Shown here: piece by piece, positions 62,201-64,000 of the stretch | Position numbering within the stretch: the first letter of the stretch is position 1 | How the letters are laid out: every line of letters starts with the position of its first letter | Assembly: GCA_964035545.1 (NCBI GenBank) | Contig: OZ037770.1 | Span: forward strand, 4,992,662 to 5,056,661 | DNA: 64,000 nt | Direction: 5' to 3' | Origin: Bugula neritina | Taxonomy: Eukaryota; Animalia; Bryozoa | Notes under the pieces: model-generated | The model's database searches: none | Told to the model about the DNA's origin: nothing | The model's input: only the letters and a program-made list of their open reading frames with translations | Program-made: the position numbers and the translations under genes

Positions 62201-64000
62201 AACTGATGCAGAGATGCAAGGAAATTATAAACACGGCAAGGCTAGGTTAAACTTAAAAAAATGAATGATTAGGGCTTAGCTTAGTTACCCTTAGGGATCA
62301 TTTGCCTATTACTAAAGAATACACATGATAAAGGCACATACATCTTTATTATATTAATTTCTAAAGATTTCAAAGCATTGGAACCTTAAATTTAGCCTCG
62401 GTGGGTAGATACATTTGAATTATAAAGAATCATCTAGTGCCTAGCAGCCATCTTGAATTTCTCAAAATGCTCAAGGGTAAGAAGTCCACATCCACCTGGA
62501 AACATTTACCTAGACCCTATATTTGAATAATCAGAAGAGAAAAAAACCTTTATCCGGGAGTGCGAACCTAAGTCAAAAATTGGTGTTTTTCTGCCAGACT
62601 AAATGACCCATCTCTTTGATTAGTCTAGAATATTTATGAACATTCCTGTATTCTCATTAGGAAAAACCCGGTAAGTCTATAGGTATATGTACACTCAGAA
62701 TTTGTGACATTATTGTTATACTAATATTGGGTATCTGTATGAAAACTATTATATCAATTACCTGTAGTTAGTTCTAATAATAGAAGTACTATATATTATT
62801 AGAATACAGAGACTACAGAAGTTACAGGAACTCAACATTTCACAAAATAACTTCACCAGTCTACCATCTTCAGTGTGTGCATTGAGTAATCTGCACACAC
62901 TAAATATATCCTACAACAGATCCATGAAATCTTTGAACCCTGAGATACTACAGCTAACACATCTTGGGTCCTTCAATACAGATGGATGTAATGCTCTAAC
63001 ATCTCCTCCACAAGAAGTCTGTAAAAGAGGACTCGATGCTGTGCGACAATACTACACAGACTTGGCTGAAGGTGCTGGTAGAAATCTTCCATTTGCGACA
63101 ATAGCAGTGTTGGGGAACACCATGGCAGGTAAAACCAGTCTAATTCGAACATTACAGAGCACTGACAGGAAGAGAGTTCTGACTGACAGAAGTCTTAATG
63201 CAGAGCATGATGAGACCACAAAGGTGTTTAATGTGGAAGAGGTGGAGGTGGATGGTACAACTCTTCGTCTCATAGATATGGGAGGCCAGGAGGTCTACCA
63301 TATCACATACCATTTAACAATGAGACAGAATTGTGTACCAGTCATTGTAGTCAACATGGAGCAGTATGATCAGATTTCGAAAATATCTACAGACAGAGAG
63401 GCTGTGAGAAAGCTGGCTTTTGACTTCATATCTCACCTCTATCTCGCTCATCCATCTCTTGGCCCACCTAAGCTTGTTTTCACACACAAGGACAAGTTTC
63501 CGAGGGAAGTTTTCCAACAGCTTCGAAGAAATTTTCTTGAAGTGTCTGAGCAGTTATGCAAAAATATTCTTGAAGAAGAGAAAAGTTTAGAAGGTGACTT
63601 TGCTCGAATTCAACATTTCACTGAATCAAATGGAAAAATCTTTGAAAAGGAAAGCATCTATGAGGTTGGGAAATTTGATGAGTACAAGATATTCGAATTG
63701 ATTAAAAAATCTCTTCTTCAAAGTTGCCAACAATTTATCAAACTCCTTCCAAAAGTCTGGGAGGATGTCAACACAAAAGTATTGTCATTGCAGTCTGCAC
63801 ACAATACCTTTGATGAAATCTTGGCAGAGATAAAGAAAGAACGGAATGACATTGATAGAAACCAATTAGATACGATTATCATGTACATGCATGATTGTGG
63901 AAAAGTTCTCTGGTATAGGAATATTGATGCACTCAGGCCATACATATTTCACAAGATCACGGAAGTTACCAAACTACTGTGTGTCTTGTATCACCATGAT
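38244..64000 (+). CDS. LRR-ROC-COR (ROCO family, MFHAS1/LRRK-like) gene, 3'-incomplete in this window
   Basis: Model: 38244-38256 (gccATGG, MATA, phase 1), 38698-38929 (ends phase 2), 18 phase-2/phase-2 LRR exons 39590-50329, a 12.5-kb intron, then 62803->64000 (starts phase 2; LRRs, ROC, COR). All phases are compatible except cassette 17 (139 nt). Confidence 0.85.
38698..38929 (+). CDS. ROCO gene N-terminal exon
   Basis: ttacag acceptor, gtgagt donor; open frame (D)NMRIWFRHSGQ...DLKLEGTIPSNIGEITGEALCLCVFNLTDRASLD; phases fit both neighbours. Confidence 0.75.
42395..42816. mobile_element. Sola-like MITE in an LRR-array intron
   Basis: TSD ATAC; the empty site GATTGA-ATAC-ACAAGTAG is visible in paralogous introns near 45100 and 50107. 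Confidence 0.9.
47401..47822. mobile_element. Sola-like MITE, duplicated along with the array
   Basis: Same insertion site and TSD (ATAC) as 42395-42816, 5006 bp downstream. Confidence 0.9.
52283..55393 (-). pseudogene. Disrupted gag-PR-IN-(RT deleted)-RNase H C-terminus
   Basis: Gag fragments with frameshifts; two CCHC knuckles (CFICKDKSHIARNC, CSHCKMNNHNTSDC); protease RDTGC; integrase AHD*..GHLG..CDIC, AIDLIGP, SDQG, GPF; then a jump near 52410 to the RNase H end (RLAMYLQNF...NVGADYLSR). Confidence 0.88.
56611..57019. mobile_element. Diverged Sola-like MITE inside the Academ-like element
   Basis: Termini GGGCCATTTTACTTTATTTAGCACAC / GTGTACACCAAATTAAGTAAAATGATCT; interior resembles the 30265 copy; interrupts ...DSIMK|FIKCSCG. 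Confidence 0.75.
57540..60527 (-). mobile_element. 5'-truncated RTE-like LINE fragment split by a later insertion
   Basis: TTLMYGYQTWPLT...EMRMLRHIY...LQWCGHVRRKD (about 60527-60249) continues as VAEIKIQRKRGRPKKRLMD (about 57699-57570). Confidence 0.75.
57702..60246. mobile_element. 2.5-kb non-autonomous CACAG-ended TIR element, TA TSD
   Basis: TIR CACAGTTAGTTTAAGGTCATA / TATGACCTTAAACTAACTGTG; TA on both flanks; removing it rejoins the LINE fragment. Confidence 0.85.
62803..64000 (+). CDS. ROCO exon: final LRRs, ROC GTPase, start of COR (open to window end)
   Basis: Frame from 62804 without stops: IQRLQKLQELNISQNNFTSLPSSVCALSNLHTLNISYN...LTSPPQEVCKRGLDAVRQYY; P-loop GNTMAGKTS (63113-63139); DMGGQEVYH (from 63275); THKD (63482-63493); COR-type LPKVW and YMHDCGKVLWY. 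Confidence 0.93.

Larger units (their letters stand above)
55894..62601 (-). mobile_element. Degenerate Academ-like DNA transposon inserted in the 5' LTR
   Basis: Termini TAGTCTGGCAGAA / TTCTGCCAGACTA with ~150-bp imperfect TIRs; 3-bp TSD AAT. Minus-strand protein remnants: SRTAKLW...REGDWALHL (61308-61544), GIWSNMTIEVTFVRFGHSKG (61089-61304), LAALPPSTFKETGKIRKTKTKS (60527-60787), Cys-rich end IKCSCG...CTEFCPC (56443-56610). Superfamily assigned from termini, TSD and remembered motif style. Confidence 0.75.
51713..62709 (-). mobile_element. Gmr1-like Ty3/Gypsy LTR retrotransposon, defective, antisense in the last visible ROCO intron
   Basis: 3' LTR 51713-52236; 5' LTR split into 55490-55893 and 62605-62709; 5-bp TSD TTATT (51708-51712 and 62710-62714); tRNA-Pro-like PBS TGGGGGCTGCTCCGGGA (55487-55471); PPT next to 52237. 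Confidence 0.93.

Overview
AT-rich, intron-containing animal (invertebrate-type) genomic DNA with two host genes among many transposons. (1) Minus strand, 3369-9501: a spliced proline/hydroxyproline dehydrogenase gene with the PRODH2-type Ser in its VYK(S) motif. (2) Plus strand, 38244 to past the window end: an LRR-ROC-COR (ROCO, MFHAS1/LRRK-like) gene. Its LRR region is a tandem array of 18 symmetric phase-2 cassette exons (17 of 138 nt, one frameshifted at 139 nt), each encoding two 23-aa LRRs. The cassettes fall into four types (A, B, C, D) arranged in tetramer and ~5.0-kb octamer repeats. Amino-acid differences concentrate on the exposed beta-strand positions, and array junctions fall inside exons. 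This looks like a modular, recombination- or splicing-diversified LRR receptor and is the best candidate for an undescribed system here. The ROC-COR exon (62803 to the end) is missing from the supplied ORF track. Mobile DNA includes: a very young Ty3/Gypsy element (LTRs identical by eye, -1 frameshift signal, one nonsense codon in pol); a decayed relative of it; a Gmr1-like Gypsy (PR-IN-RT order, RT deleted) whose 5' LTR holds an Academ-like transposon that itself holds an RTE LINE fragment, a CACAG-ended element and a Sola-like MITE; plus other MITEs, a 14-bp minisatellite and a 2.6-kb tandem duplication. All coordinates, translations and alignments were read by eye.
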